Notes under the pieces: model-generated
Told to the model about the DNA's origin: nothing
What the model saw: the letters and a program-made list of their open reading frames with translations, nothing else
Databases searched by the model: none
Position numbers and translations under genes: made by a program
DNA from: Amphiura filiformis
Taxonomy: Eukaryota
Direction: 5' to 3'
Assembly (NCBI RefSeq): GCF_039555335.1
Contig: NC_092647.1
Location: 18,692,946 to 18,756,945, forward strand
DNA: 64,000 nucleotides
Shown: in pieces, positions 27,595-40,819 of the stretch
Layout of the letters: every line of letters starts with the position of its first letter
Position numbering within the stretch: the first letter of the stretch is position 1

Positions 27595-27725
27595 GGGGAG
27601 TGTGGCCGAGCAGTTTATTGGGTTGGACTGTGAATTCAGCATTGTAAGGTCAAGCAAGGGTTCGAAATCTGAGTATAGCCTCCGCTAGCTCGAGAGGCTC
27701 TAGCTAAAATACAGGTTTACATTTT
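27595..27725 (+). mobile_element. tRNA-derived SINE-like element.
   Basis: GGAGTGTGGCCGAGCAGTTTATTGGGTTGGACTGTGAATTCAGC...GGTTCGAAATCTGAG. Box A and B are present but the anticodon arm is degenerate. Confidence 0.5.
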
Positions 27726-28359
27726 ACTATCTTACTGTATTTCAGCTAGAGTGCCATACATTGTAGGTAGAAAACCCAGTTCCAATAATTGAATCTCCTG
27801 GCTCCGAGCAGGAGTTGCAACAGGTGCTGTGTATGTGTTTATGTGTTTAATGTACATTCACATACAGCTACATACATACTTGGCCGTCGGTACGAAGAAA
27901 TCGTTGCTCCATAAATTGAAAATTACACATAATTTGTCAATATTAATATTTTGCGACATTTATAACAAAAACAATTAACACTGGAAACATCCTTTAGCAC
28001 CTGCTACAACTTGAGAACAAGTCCTCAAACATTTGAAATTTGTAGTTGACAACTGACATCACCCTTTATCTTTTGAGTAAAATTTGCCTAGTTTGAACAG
28101 TCAAAAATTTTGTTTAAGTGCAATTTTAGCAACATTTTTGATGCGATCGCCCGTCGTGATTAGCTGTGTTTACTTCAGTGAATCCAACTAGATTTTGAAT
28201 GCAATGGTCATAGATAAAAAATTAAGGTCAATTTTCATTAAAATTGATTAAAATCACTATCACATTTTATCTTATTTTTGCAGAATCTAAATGGTTGTGA
28301 TAATAGGATAAGTTTCAAGAATCCGTCTCCTCACATAGCAATCCATACATCAAGTCAAG

Positions 28360-29142
28360 ATGAAGATGGATGACAAGAAACCAAGTCTTCTCAACCCTCT
28401 CTTGGCAACCAAACCATCACATTCCAGTCTACTCACATCATCTAAACCAACATCATCACTTGGTTTGCTCACATTAAGACAATCGTCACCCTCCACTAGC
28501 CTCCGTACCCAAGCAAAGAAACCAAAGGCAGAGGACAAGTCAAATCCGATGTTGATGGCTCAAAAAGCAAACAAGAAGTCGGTGAAGAAAGAGGGTGCGT
28601 CAAAGGAGAAAAAAGTCGCATCCAAGAAAAATGTGGGATTAAAAAGTGCTTTGCAAAATCCTCTTTTGGGTGTATCAACCAAGCAGCATACACTTCTTTC
28701 TGGATCAATCCCATATGGCAGCTCTTTGTCTGGCATATCAGGAGCATCTGGGACAAGTCTGCTACTGACCAAACCAGGAATCTCATCAAGTTTCCATCTG
28801 TCATCTAGTAAGTCATCATCTGCACCATCAACATCACTCTCCTCCAGTCGTTTATTCGGTTCATCTTTGTCAAGCAAATTTTCATCTAGTAAACCATCCA
28901 GCACAACCACTTCGTCGTTCTTCCATGGAACATCTGCAAGGAAGACAAAGCCAACCGACCATCATGGACGTCACACAGATGTTCCAGCAGCATTTGAGAT
29001 CCCTCTACCGGATTATGATTTTCATCTTGAGGATGGTGACTTTGAAGGTCTAGGTGAGGGTGATGAGGTTGATGGTTTCCCAGCATTGGAGGCAGAGGAA
29101 TTGGCACTTGAGATGGCACTTGTGGATGTTAGCGCCAGAAAG
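28360..29142 (+). CDS. TEP1: TEP1-like putative first coding exon. A Ser/Lys-rich, probably disordered N-terminus ending ...GDEVDGFPALEAEELALEMALVDVSARK.
   Basis: The ATG at 28360 is preceded by in-frame stops. 261 codons, then donor aag|gtaaag at 29143 in phase 0, which is compatible with the next exon. The acidic tail loosely resembles the acidic stretch preceding the TROVE region in human TEP1. Assignment to TEP1 is an inference. Confidence 0.45.
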
Positions 29143-30044
29143 GTAAAGTTTGGTATTCATGTTTTTTTATATACAGGAGTTTCTTTCAGTTTTTGTAAGA
29201 TTATTATACCAACAGAAACCTAGCAGATTGTTTGACAAAGATATCATCCAGTTTGTATTTTCAAGCTTTCGACAGCCCAAAATAATAATATAGTAGCCTA
29301 TGGGATGCTGTAATACATGTACCGTATTCGTTCCAATAAGCGCCCATGCCCCAATAAGCGCCCACCCAGCAACTTTGCAACAAACACAATATGAAATTAT
29401 TAACCGCCCATCCAATGTTGTCAAAATACTTCCAGTAAGCTTATCTGTCGAGTGATTTTACATGCATACATGAGGGAAATTGAGCATCAAAAGTATCCAA
29501 AATGTTCACCAAAATTAAATTATGATGCTATTTCATAGTGTGCAGATGTATAGATATTAAAAATACTTCACAATAACCACCTGCAAATGCCTTTAAAAGG
29601 CCAAGTTTGAGCTAATTCTGTCTCAAATTTGTATTTTTTGCCGGCGCGCAGCGGCCATCTTTATAGTGCACCCTCAAAAAAATTTTGTCAATATAATATT
29701 AAATTAAGACACATATGAGGGCGCACTAACTGAGAGTAACTAAATACTTTCAGACGGTGATTGATGACTAAAAACCAGGTAAAAAATAAGCGCCCACCCA
29801 AAATGACTTTGTTAATACGGTAATTATGCGTACGGTACCGTTAACTCACAAATTCATGTCCGATACAACTGAAATATTGTAAATAAGCTGTTTTCATAGA
29901 TATATAATCTATTAAACCATACTATAAAAAAGATGATAAAATCACAAAATACCACTTTAAACAAAAGAGTGAAGGATCTAGAAACAGTCCCTATTACTGA
30001 AAACACTACCTACATTTTCTTTGACCTTTCACTTGACACCATAC

Positions 30045-30290
30045 ACTCCCTATGGAAGACGTGGCTTTAATCTTCCACAGGGAGTGTGCATTTCAAATAA
30101 GATTACCTGAATGAGTGATTCAATTTGAAATCTACACCCCTTACTGGGAGATGACAGGTAATGTCTTCCATAGGGGCACGGGGGGCCGGTGTCACCTCCA
30201 CCTTTCGGCAAATGGTCCCCCCCCACACATTTCAAGCCGGATTGGCGCTAATGCATAGGGGGTGTATGGATTTTAACTGGAATAGCCCAA
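30045..30290. mobile_element. MITE family copy (in a TEP1 intron).
   Basis: tcttccacagggagtgtgcatttcaaataag ... tgtatggattttaactggaatagccc. Confidence 0.65.
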
Positions 30291-30499
30291 TGTTTACAGT
30301 TAGGTACTTCTTCCACTGCAGCCTTCGTGTAGAAATAAAAATCAACATATTTTGTATGATTTGCATCCAACTTGCTTTGCTTGCATCGCATTAAAAATTA
30401 CGATTCACTTTATCCAAATTTTCAATTTTTTACAGCGGTAGATACGTATATTGCACACATGTAAATATATTTCATTTCCTGTTACCATTTCTTCAACAG

Positions 30500-30634
30500 A
30501 ATCTGTTCATCAACTCTGTGAGTGCTTCCCTGATAGGTGGTCCATCATTTGATAATAGACATGATGCAACCAGGGTACAACTGATAGAGCAAGTGGACGT
30601 AGTCATTCAGCATGATCCAGAATTCCTTCTCAAG
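30500..30634 (+). CDS. TEP1: TEP1 exon: NLFINSVSASLIGGPSFDNRHDATRVQLIEQVDVVIQHDPEFLLK (start of TROVE).
   Basis: Acceptor cttcaacag|aat and donor aag|gtttgt. 45 codons. Matches human ...AAIFEICRELALLEPEFILK. Confidence 0.7.
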
Positions 30635-31717
30635 GTTTGTGACAGAAGCTCCCAGGTTCAGTTCTACTTATTTAAACCCTAACCCTTAACCCAACTCATT
30701 GAGTGCTTCCCAGAAATTTGGCCATACAAAAATAATTCTGGATGTATAATCGGTCAGGTCTATGTTTGTGATGAACAGTGAACCATGCCAAAAGGGTGTG
30801 TACATGTAATAATAGATCTAGTGAACTGTAAGAGTGTGCTAACTTAACTATAGTACATGTAATGGGGCGCGTAAGTGACTACCAAGCTTGACGTGTGCAG
30901 ACACAAAGCTGATCTTCCATGATAATGAGCCCATATGAGGCTCTACGGGCCATGGGAGGAGCTCTGTTCTGTTTTGATGGTATAAAAACCCAGGGATATA
31001 ATTTTCAAAAATCTCTTCTAGTCCTGCTAGGGATATTAAATTCACCTCTTCTAGTCTCCAAAGGGGGGAGGTATCAAATTTTCTGATTCCATGCCCACGT
31101 ATCTCATTTGTTGGTATTTTGGACAAAAATAAGAACAAAATGTGACTTTTTGACTTTCAAAAGTCAATTCTGGTACAATAATTGTCATATTTTTGTGCAC
31201 TTTGTCTTTGTGGGGAGGACTTTCACCAAAACTCCTGGTGAAAGCTAGTCTTGTAGGGGTATGTTTTTATAGAAATCTGGTCCTGCTAAGGGTGTGTTTT
31301 TATAAAAATGTGGTCCCGCTAGGGGTTACCTCCAGGAACCCTGGATCTAAAGTTTGTTCGGCTTATATAAGGCAGAAATTATTCGGCTTTTGTTACTGCA
31401 CATATCAATCAAGTCCCAACTCGCGCTTGCATAAATTCACATAAACGTGTGCCAGTCACGCATTACACAACGCACAACTAGCGTAAGCATTGCACCCAAC
31501 TGCATGCATTATCAATACACGAACAAACTTTAGAAAATCCTTGAGAACCCCTCCCCCCGGATGTAATCTAAAACTTGGTATTCACCTCATCAAATACAAA
31601 TCTAAATGTGACTACAGTCATTTGAGTTGATATGAGGTGAGTTTTTTTTATAAGACCAACATTTTCAACAGTTCTTCATGTAATATCAAATCTTTACTAT
31701 ATGTTTATTACACCCAG

Positions 31718-31879
31718 GTTGCCCTGTACACCCGTAAGGAACTGAACATCAGGAGTACAGCCAATTTCTTGTTGGCGCTAGCAGCTAACCGCCGTGAATG
31801 CCGACCATACCTGAAGAAATACTTCAAAAATTCCATTGCTCTACCATCAGATTGGGCTAGTGTAGCTGAACTTTATCAA
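31718..31879 (+). CDS. TEP1: TEP1 exon: VALYTRKELNIRSTANFLLALAANRRECRPYLKKYFKNSIALPSDWASVAELYQ (TROVE).
   Basis: Acceptor cacccag|gtt and donor caa|gtaagt. 54 codons. Matches ASLYARQQLNVRNVANNILAIAAFLPACRPHLRRYFCAIVQLPSDWIQVAELYQ. Confidence 0.8.
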
Positions 31880-31929
31880 GTAAGTTAGTTGTCAAGTATG
31901 ACTTAAAATAGAGTAATGGGGAGTCAGAG

Positions 31930-32900
31930 ATCTGGTACATTACGATGCTTTTAACTAGAGCGATAACCGCACCATAGCTGAACCATGTGGATTCGGCAGT
32001 ATTTGATTTGTAGTTTCATTTCTGGTAGACAACAGTGTGTCAGATATAACCAAACTTTATCTGACTACAAAAACTTAAATGGGGGGTTGCCACAAGGCAC
32101 AAAAATGGGCCCTTTGGGTTTCCAAATCATTATCAATGATGCAGCATCAGATGCTGATGCTAGTGTGTGGAAGTATGTAGATGACCTATCTTTGGCATCA
32201 AATGTATCCTATCCTACCAAGAGTACGCTGCAAAAAGATCTGAACAGTTTTGTTGATTGGTCAAAAATAATAATTTGACACTAAATCCATCCAAGTGTCA
32301 AGGGCTTCAGGTTTGTTTCATGAATGACCCACCTGCTCCCACTGTGTCTATTGACGATGTGCCTCTTCAGTTTGTTAAATTTGCTAAAATTCTTGGCATT
32401 TGGATACAGGATGATTTGAAGTGGGACAAACAAATTAATGAAATGCTAAAAAAAACCAATAGCCGCATGTATATGCTCCGTACTCTTAAAAGATTTGGTT
32501 TTACATCTGATGAACTTGCAGTTATTTACAAAGGCTATGTACGGCCATTGTTAGAATATGGTGATGTTGTATGGGATTCGTCTTTGACATGTGAACAGGT
32601 TAATTCTCTTGAAAGAGTGCAAAAAGGGCTTGCAAAATAATACTTGGCAAGAAATACAACTCATATACTGATGCAATTGAAGAATGTGGAATTCAGACTC
32701 TTTCTGACCGTAGGAAAAATCACAGTGTTAAATTTGCTCAGTCTCTGCCAAAATGTGATCGTCGACCAATCTCATTCCCCTACAAGGCGTTCTATGCATG
32801 GCAGAGAATTGCGCAAATTCAAATTCCATCACTCGTTTACCTTGTAGAACTGAGCGGTTCAGAAAGAGTCCAATTCCACACTTCATCAACTTACTTAATG
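31930..32900 (+). mobile_element. 5'-truncated non-LTR retrotransposon (CR1/L2-like LINE) 3' portion in a TEP1 intron.
   Basis: RT motifs GGLPQGTKMGPLGFQ and VWKYVDDLSLAS (YxDD), then NLTLNPSKCQ, the LINE C-terminal block YKGYVRPLLEYGDVVWDSSLTCEQVNSLERVQKGLAK, and a frame-shifted tail ...YTDAIEECGIQTLSDRRKNHSVKFAQ. A GT/GGTGTG-rich tail follows at 33000..33340. Confidence 0.7.
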
Positions 32901-33779
32901 CTTAAAATTGATGTTTTGTTTCACCCATTGATGCAGTTTAACAATTTGATGCAATTTAATTTAATTATTTTGATGTGACAATTTTTATGGTATGGGTATG
33001 ACAGTGAATATGAGTGTATTGAGTGACTTGGTATGTATGCATATTATTTAGGGTGACTGTGTTTGGAAGTTCATGTAAGAGGTGCGCTCAAGAGTGAGTG
33101 GGGGTGTGTTTGTGAGGATAAGTGTGGATATAAGATTAGTTAAGGGTTTGCTTTCATAATTATGTGCAATATAATTTTGTGTTTCTTTTATGCTTTTTGA
33201 TGCTTATTTGATTTGGTGTGTGGCTAGTATTATTTGTGGTCACTGTGTTTGGGAGTAAGAGGTGTGCTTAGGGGTGGGTGTGTGTGAGTGTGGTGTGATG
33301 GGGTGAGTGTGGAGATAAGCTTTTATAATTATGTGCAATATAATTCTGAATATTATATGTTTTTCTTATGTTCATTTCTTGTAATATGTATTTTAATAAC
33401 TTTTATGTATAATAATAGTAAATAATTTTTTGATGTTTTAATATATTGTAAAAAGTGACGCAATTTGGCTATTTGCCACGATGTTATTTTCAATAAATAT
33501 GAAATGAAATATGAAATGAAATGAAAAGTATATTGTGGTAGGCCTATACCACAGTCACCCGGAGTCTGTAATGGACATAATCTCGAAATGCTGCGAAGGT
33601 ATGACCGCCCGAGTGGTGTCAATGAAAGAGGAAAAGTAAAGAATATAAAATAAACTAGAGCTACTGAGCCCTTTGCAAGGGCACGAGGTAAGTTAGGCGG
33701 ATGACTGTGACGATCTGATCAAGCAGCAATACTGTGCTGGATAGTATTAATTTTAATAAGACTGTTTCATTAATTGCTG

Positions 33780-34110
33780 TTTTAATATACCTTGATCGTG
33801 GAAAGCTGGCATTTTGAAAACTTGACTTTTGACCTCTGTCTCTGAAAACTTGACTTTTGACCTTAAATGAATTTTAAAATATTTAAAACATGTTAAGAAT
33901 GTCATAAGGATCATTGCATTTAAATTTCAGCTCAATTGAAGCATTTTGAAAACATGACCTTTGACCCCTTTATTGCCCCTTAATGACCTTAAATGAATTT
34001 TAAAATATTTTCAGCATGTTTAGAATGTCATAAGGATCATTGCATTTAAATTTCAGCTGAATCGGAGCATTTTCGGTTAAAATGACCTTTTTGACCCCTG
34101 TGACCCCTGG
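33780..34110. repeat. Tandem duplication, ~150-bp unit x ~2.3.
   Basis: Repeated gaccttaaatgaattttaaaatattt...gaatgtcataaggatcattgcatttaaatttcagct. Followed by an (agctagtaagct)n microsatellite at 34230..34285. Confidence 0.8.
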
Positions 34111-34879
34111 ATGACCTCTGACGTTTGGAAATATTTTTATTATATTCTTTATGTTTTCTTCTTTCGTATGACACCACTCATGGTGTCATACCTTCGTGGC
34201 ATTTAGAGATATGGCCATTTCAGACCAAATGGTTAGTCAGTTAGTAAGCTAGTAAGCTAGTAAGTAAGCTAGTAAGCTAGTAACATTCACTCATATAGGC
34301 TGATACCATTTCATGGTTCAGCAAAAATTACAATTCACTGAATTTTTAACCATTTTTTTTAAGAAGCCCAATATTTCACTTTTGTATTCTGCTGTATATT
34401 TCTTGAATCAGGAATAGTTAAATGTGTATTAATTTAGTAAATTGACTCTGTTGTTTGGATTTAGTCAAATGTAAATTTATTTGATAAATTGCTTATCAAT
34501 ACTGTACTCTGAAGATCTTGAATTTTATTTCATAGCAAAGACATATTCTCCCTCGCTGGGATAAAATGATGCCATGGAAAGGCATTTTCTTGACTTTAGG
34601 AAATGCTGTGAGCATAATTATTTTAAACATATTAATAGAGTAAGGTAACATACACAGATCAATTGGCATTTTGTTTGATGCAAATTGCGCGTACCATTTT
34701 CATATACAACAGTTTTGTAATCTTTGTATTTCATTGATTTAAAATAACAAATGCAGTTTAATGAGCTAAAATAACAGTGAGTGCTCAAGATATGCGATAA
34801 TGCAATTTTTCACTCATATTTTGCTAAAAACCATGCATGCCTTATTAATGTTCCATGTTGTATTTATTATTTCTTCCAG

Positions 34880-34976
34880 ACCTTCTACGACAAGTCCATT
34901 AATTATGGCTCTTTGCCTACAGCCCTGCGTAAAGTCATGGTGGCCAAGTTCCCTGACTTTGATAAATACCAACTCG
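34880..34976 (+). CDS. TEP1: TEP1 exon: TFYDKSINYGSLPTALRKVMVAKFPDFDKYQL(G/A).
   Basis: Acceptor ttcttccag|acc and donor ctcg|gtgagt. Ends in phase 1. Matches LPACLRTAMTDKFAQFDEYQLA. Confidence 0.7.
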
Positions 34977-35096
34977 GTGAGTAAAAGAGTTTGTTGGTTG
35001 GCGAGTGAGTGCAAGATGAAAGACTTCATGTCACACAGAGTCATCTCAAGATGCTTGAGCTATTACAGTTGCAATCCATACACTCTGCACAGTGTC

Positions 35097-37258
35097 GACT
35101 TCCTATACGATAAATATAAACTTAATACTCCGTTGGTGAGCGACGGGCGACTGGTATTTCACCGAACGCAAGAAAAGGAGTTCTATCTGATTGGCTAGCA
35201 ATCGATCGCTTAGGTCGCTTAGTAGTCAACTACAAACTCAAAACTGAGCATCGTATTCAATTCGATTGAAATCGATATTCTATTATTGCCGTAGATAAAG
35301 AGAGTGATAGTGTGTCAATAATGTACATTGTATTGCAGCTGGATTTTACATGCATTCTTTTATATAAATTTTTCTCAAAGAGTTGAATATGATCACAATT
35401 TTTACTCAGGATTTCAAATTTTTACCCGCAAATTGCAGTTAAACATATCCACAGCAAAATACCGGTCCTCACTAATTAGTGTATTTAATTTCCAGTTAGT
35501 GTATTTAAGATAAACCCTGACAACAAATAAAATTTTCTTGCAATAGAAATATCATATGGGATACTGATATGGTAGGTCGCAACCGCCACAACGTGGAGCT
35601 GCTACTGGCAGAAGCTGACTTTTTTGCTCCGTGGAGCCAAATTGACCAATCATGATCATGTTAGAGTTTTTCATTACTCGGAGGTAAAACTGACTAATTA
35701 AGTACGACTTACTCATTACGTGAAGCGAATTTATTCATTAAGAATTTGCCAGACGAAGCGTCCACGTAGTTGCAAGATATCCTCGGTCACGAAAGTTATG
35801 ATTCAAAAAGTAGTTTATGAAAAGTACGAACTGACTTATTATTAAGATGGACATGCACTCATAAGAAACTCATACAGTATTGTACATAACTATATAGCTA
35901 GGCAGAGTGGTGGTAAACTATGCACACAGTTCTGCGATCTGCAGTGTATCGCCGGGAGCTAATTTGTATAACTTGCGCGGTGTCCCTGCGGAATTCGACC
36001 TTCAGCAAACTGCAAACCAGTTCGGATTTACTTTATATACTAGTAGGCCTAGTAGGCCATACATACTGTAGTTACTGTCCGTTTTCCTATACACAATACT
36101 CAGTGCGCTCACCATTGACGCATGACCTCTACAAATAGTGTATGTTAGAAGTATAGGCCATTGCCTAGTTGATGTCACTGTGTAAAAAATAACCGGCCAA
36201 TATTTAAAGTATTCTCTGAAATTCTAGAAAATATAGTTTTGTAACATGTCCTACATTTTTAGCTAATTTAGGTGTTTGGTAATATTGGTACTTTAGTGTT
36301 TTAGGAAGGATATGTAAACGACAGATAACACCAAAAAATATGAAGAAATTATTTCTAAACCGTGTTAAGTCATTAAGCTTCTCATTTTCAAGAACGCTGG
36401 TTAACAATAAGCAGACTATTGTCTCATTTAAGTAAACAAAAGCCCACAGTATTGTTACCTTGCGTTCGCTTTATAATCGTTCACCCAACTGAAACTATAA
36501 TACCAGCTCATTGCTCATTGCACAGGTAAAACAGACACAAGTGCAGTGTGTATTTAACCAGAGAAGATCTGATGTAGCATAGTTGAGCTGTTTTCATTGA
36601 GTGTTATCTTGGTTTTATAGCTTTTAATAGGGTTTAAGTCCTTCAAAGGTCGTGGTGAGTTCTACTGTAGACATGACTGCATCATGATTATTTTAAAGTC
36701 AACAACATTCAACAATATGATCACCGTGATAGTATGAGAGTATCAGTACCGTGGGTGTCGGTGATCCTGGCCTGACACAGTAGACAAACAAACAAACAAA
36801 CACGCCACACACATGACACATGCATGCAAGGTAACATTGACTATACACTAATCAAACAATGGTATTGATCCTGTACAACTGGTCGTGGTTTATTTACAAT
36901 CGATTCATTTAAAATCCCCATAGTAAACATTAATTTTGGCAAGAGTTTTCTCTCTCTGGAACGAGGATGCATCCACTGGCTCCGCGTAATGAAAAGATCT
37001 AACATGATCGAAGCGAAAAGTAAGCTACGCGTAGCAGCTCCACGTTGTGGCGGTTACGGCCAGCCATATATTGATCATGCGAAAACATAGAATAGAAACA
37101 GTGTGGCGGCTCTCAAAATCTCAAATTGTATGCTTAGCCTGAGTCGCACGGCCTACCTCGAACAAAATCACTATGCGTAGTTGTTGAAAAACGTGAGGAT
37201 TCATCGTACTATCACGGCAATTTTTAACACGAAGATATAGGGATGATGACGGTGTGCT
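35097..37258. mobile_element. Composite repeat: a ~700-bp dispersed element interrupted by a nested 1498-bp TIR transposon (35569..37066).
   Basis: 35097..35568 plus 37075..37258 are collinear with the uninterrupted copy at 54992..55690. The insert has ~37-bp TIRs ATGGnnGGnCGnAACCGCCACAACGTGGAGCTGCTAC and flanking 8-bp repeats atactgat / atattgat. The empty site in the second copy reads atactgat once. Confidence 0.7.
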
Positions 37259-37261
37259 CTG

Positions 37262-37480
37262 TGGAAGACATGTCCTTAATCTCACACAAATGTCATTTGA
37301 AATACACTGTGTGGAAGATTAAGGTCATGTCTTCAGGGTGTATGGATTTCAACTGGAATAGCCCATTTTGGAGCAGACGACACTGAATGGGTGACTCCAT
37401 TTGATATTCACACTCCCTGTGTGGGAGATTAAGGTCATGTCTTCCATAGGTGTAAGGATTTCAAATGGAATAATCCATTG
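37262..37480. mobile_element. MITE family copy (in a TEP1 intron, abutting the composite element).
   Basis: gtggaagattaaggtcatgtcttcagggtgtatggatttcaactggaatagccc. Confidence 0.65.
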
Positions 37481-38324
37481 TAACTTGTGAGATGAATAGA
37501 TCTTCACACATGTAGTATATACATTTTAAAAATCAACATATTAGTTTTGTGTATGAAGGAATTACGTCCAAATACGATAAACCTTACAGGATCACACCAC
37601 CAAATCAAGTTCCTATTCTTTTATGTGTTAAAAGGTACAGAAGAAGTCATCATTTTCTCATGGTGCATTTTAAACACCATTTTGCCTAATGTTTTGGTAG
37701 ATGAACTGCTTGAATTTTCACGGTATACATAAATCATACTAATCTTACAGCAAAGCGCCTCTATGTTGTGACTATATTTCATGAAAAAAACAAGAATGTA
37801 CCTAAAATTTCAAAAATTGTAACATTATTTTATGCTTTGATAAAAACATCCATAAAGCACAACTATCACAAAAGATGGCCACATCAGCCTTCATTCCAAT
37901 TTTGTTTTCCATTTGGACCAACCAGGCGTGGTTCTGCGAATGAAAACACTGTTGTTGTTTTTTCAGTCAGATTGGCTGAACCCGATCTAGTGGTGTGAAT
38001 GTGATCGCTTAATGGTTACATGCCCCCCCCTGTGCATATGAGTTGACATTATGTACTTCAACACTTGCTTGGTTTGAAACAAATGTAATTTGAAAGAATA
38101 TTCTGCAGCTAGAAAGTGAGAGATTTTATGCTGCCTGATAGAAATACCTTTTTATTGGAGAACATTTTCCATGGCAAATTTACTGTGTCATATTTGTGAA
38201 AATTGGAGATTATTTGTGAATGGGATGGCAGGAGCCATATTTTTCCAGTAACAAAAAAAATTGCAGTATACTGATCTTACTTGATATTTTGTTTTCACAC
38301 ATTCTTTTCATAAAATTCATACAG

Positions 38325-38583
38325 CTAAATACAACAAGGCAAAGAAACCCAAGAAAGCAGCAATTCAAAACAAATATCCCAGCAAGGAGACAGAGAAGGA
38401 GAAGACTGAGACGGATGCTATGCTACTGGGTGGTCTAGTGGAAGAGGACGATGATGTTGATGTTGATTCTGATGGAGAAGATGAGGAGAGACATGAGGCT
38501 GTTACATTCACACTGAAACAACTGATTCGTAAACTTCACATCATAGAGCCAGTCGAACATGTCATGTCCTTATTAGGAAAGAG
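38325..38583 (+). CDS. TEP1: TEP1 exon: (A)KYNKAKKPKK...EERHEAVTFTLKQLIRKLHIIEPVEHVMSLLGK(R).
   Basis: Acceptor tcatacag|ct and donor aagag|gtaagt. Phase 1 in and phase 2 out. Matches YQLAKYNPRKHRAKR...FTLKKLVQRLHIHKPAQHVQALLGYR. Confidence 0.7.
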
Positions 38584-38681
38584 GTAAGTGGTATGGGAAC
38601 TTCAGCCTATTAAAAAGTAGAAGTCCTATACCATTTTTGGCCCCCACATATATGTGGGGCTTATGTTATCATCCAGATGGT

Positions 38682-38870
38682 TGTTTGTTTCCTTGCCTGT
38701 TTGTTTGTTTGTTTGTCCGGGCAGAAGCAAATTCATTAATCCGCTCTCCAGCTTAAACGCAATCACTGATCAATTTCAAACTTGGTATCGTGATATTATA
38801 TGATGGCCTCATGTGGTGTATAGTTTTGTGGGGGCCACCTTAATTACGAACCTCGTAATTCTAGTTTGCT
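38682..38870. repeat. SINE-like dispersed repeat (second copy at 54586..54830). Both copies are in TEP1 introns.
   Basis: Shared sequence gtccgggc(a/g)gaagcaaattcattaatcc...tcaaacttggtat...tatagttttgtg...ggccaccttaattacgaacc(t/g)c(g/a)taattctagtt. Confidence 0.7.
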
Positions 38871-39842
38871 TTGACAAGGCAATGAGTTGGTGCACATATA
38901 ATTGGATGCAGCTTCAAATCATGTGTGTACGCTCAAATCCTACACACATACACACACCCCCACACACATTTATAGACACCGCATAGCTGCCTCAATGTGT
39001 TAACGTCACTGCCTCATCAAGATAAAAAATGGTTTAAGCTATAGTTTCATCTGTAACTGGCAGAAGTGCTGTGTTATATTGTAGCAATTAAACAATAGAA
39101 ACAATAACAATGCATCGTCTGCATCACATACAAAAGACTGCCTTGCATGAATTTTATTATCATTGTAATATTTCATATTATCATTTTATATTTCAGAATG
39201 TTGCTTTCATTTATGAATGGACATAGAATAGTTATAAAAAGTTTAAAAAAATTAATTTTACAGTGTATCTCATCACAGTTAGATGACAATGATGAAAAAA
39301 ATCACACAAGGCAGCCTTTTGAGATATGACAGTATGTGAAGCAGACATCAAAATGGTAGTTTGGTTTTGAAGCCATCCCTTACAGATTTTAATTTGCAGT
39401 ATTATGAGTTCTGCCTATTTAGTATAAGCAGGGCTATAGGGCATAGTATACATTTAAGTCTAACACTATCCTTTAATCCTAACTCCTTTGAGGCTCATTG
39501 GCGGAGGGGAAGGAAAGAAGGAAGGAAGGAAGAATGGAAGAAGATGAAGAGAATTTTCATTTTCTCGGGTGCGGTTTTGATCCCCCACCCCTCGGGACCT
39601 CGGGTGCTAGACACGCTCACATCCATACCTTGCCAAGGGGGATTGTCTCGCCCGGCCAAGCTTTCCACAACCATATGTGCTTTCACATGATGACGCAATC
39701 GCATCACATGGAATACTTGCGCTCGCAGTTTCTTGCCCTTGTAGCTTTTTGTAGCTTTTGGTCACGTTAGGGTTAAACTAGAGTAGCAAGAACTAGCAAA
39801 GTGCTTTGCACAATTTGAAATCATTACTTGGTCACTTTTCAG

Positions 39843-40000
39843 GTACCCAGAAGATTTGGAGAGTTTCTATAAGAGTAAGTTACCAGACACATGGGATGCT
39901 GACAGAGCTGGTAAGCGTATGAAGCTACCTATACCTGAGACATGGGAGACTCAAGTGTCTATGAAAGGGAATAAGGCTTCTACATGGGAAGAACTCATAG
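39843..40000 (+). CDS. TEP1: TEP1 exon: (R)YPEDLESFYKSKLPDTWDADRAGKRMKLPIPETWETQVSMKGNKASTWEELI.
   Basis: Acceptor cttttcag|g and donor catag|gtgagt. Matches PGPWDSSRAGKRMKLSRPETWERELSLRGNKASVWEELIENG. Confidence 0.8.
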
Positions 40001-40819
40001 GTGAGTTGAATGATTTGTATATGCAAGTCTAAAAAATGGTAATAAATTTTAAAAGAAAAAGAAAAACATCAAATTTTAGATCTTCCTCAATATGGTAATG
40101 CCTATATCAAGCTTTGCCTGAAAAATGGCTCAATGGAATGCATTTTTCATGTAGGTTTCAAAATATGGTCAAAATTGTCATAGGTTTAATAGGTCTACCA
40201 CATATCGAGTAGAGTACCTGTCTCATGAGACTACTTTAACTCCCTGAGCAATACCTGCCTCTGATTGGTCAATTACATGATATCTTCACTTCAATCACCA
40301 GTCAGAATGGAGCTTTGCAAATAATTCACCCCAATTTTTTTGCGTGGTGAAATTATTCTAACAATGTTGCTGATTGGGTCAATTGATAATGAAAACTTCT
40401 TTTTGGCCAATCGGCAGGTAGTTCTCATGCGGTTAAGGCTTCGAAAATGATAAAAGAAGAGACATCTTGATATATCACCACAAAGAAGATATTTTATACT
40501 ATCCACAATGCATTTCTGCCATTTCAATTTTTTGTACTGATTTGCTCCCGGGGGATTTGCTATCTTGTGCAAAAAGTACCTCAATGAACAGAGCACATCC
40601 AGATCTTGCAAAAGATGTGTATTTCTTGGCTATCAAACCATGCTTAGCCAGTCTATTCTCAACATGAAAACAAATGGAACCTGTGCAAAGCAATAGGAAT
40701 GTCATTTGTTGCAAAGGATTCTGGGAAGAGTAAATTATCTCCTCTGATATCATCATAGTGTAATCAGTAATTACAGATGTGTGTTTATTTCTGTTATTTC
40801 TGAATTTATTAATCAACAG

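Noticed and set aside
34800-35198. 132-aa ORF overlapping a TEP1 exon and the start of the dispersed element
   Set aside because: It is a chimera of TEP1 exon read-through (a different frame) and the repeat's short conserved ORF. No domain was recognised, and the conserved part is explained by the repeat copy at 54992.
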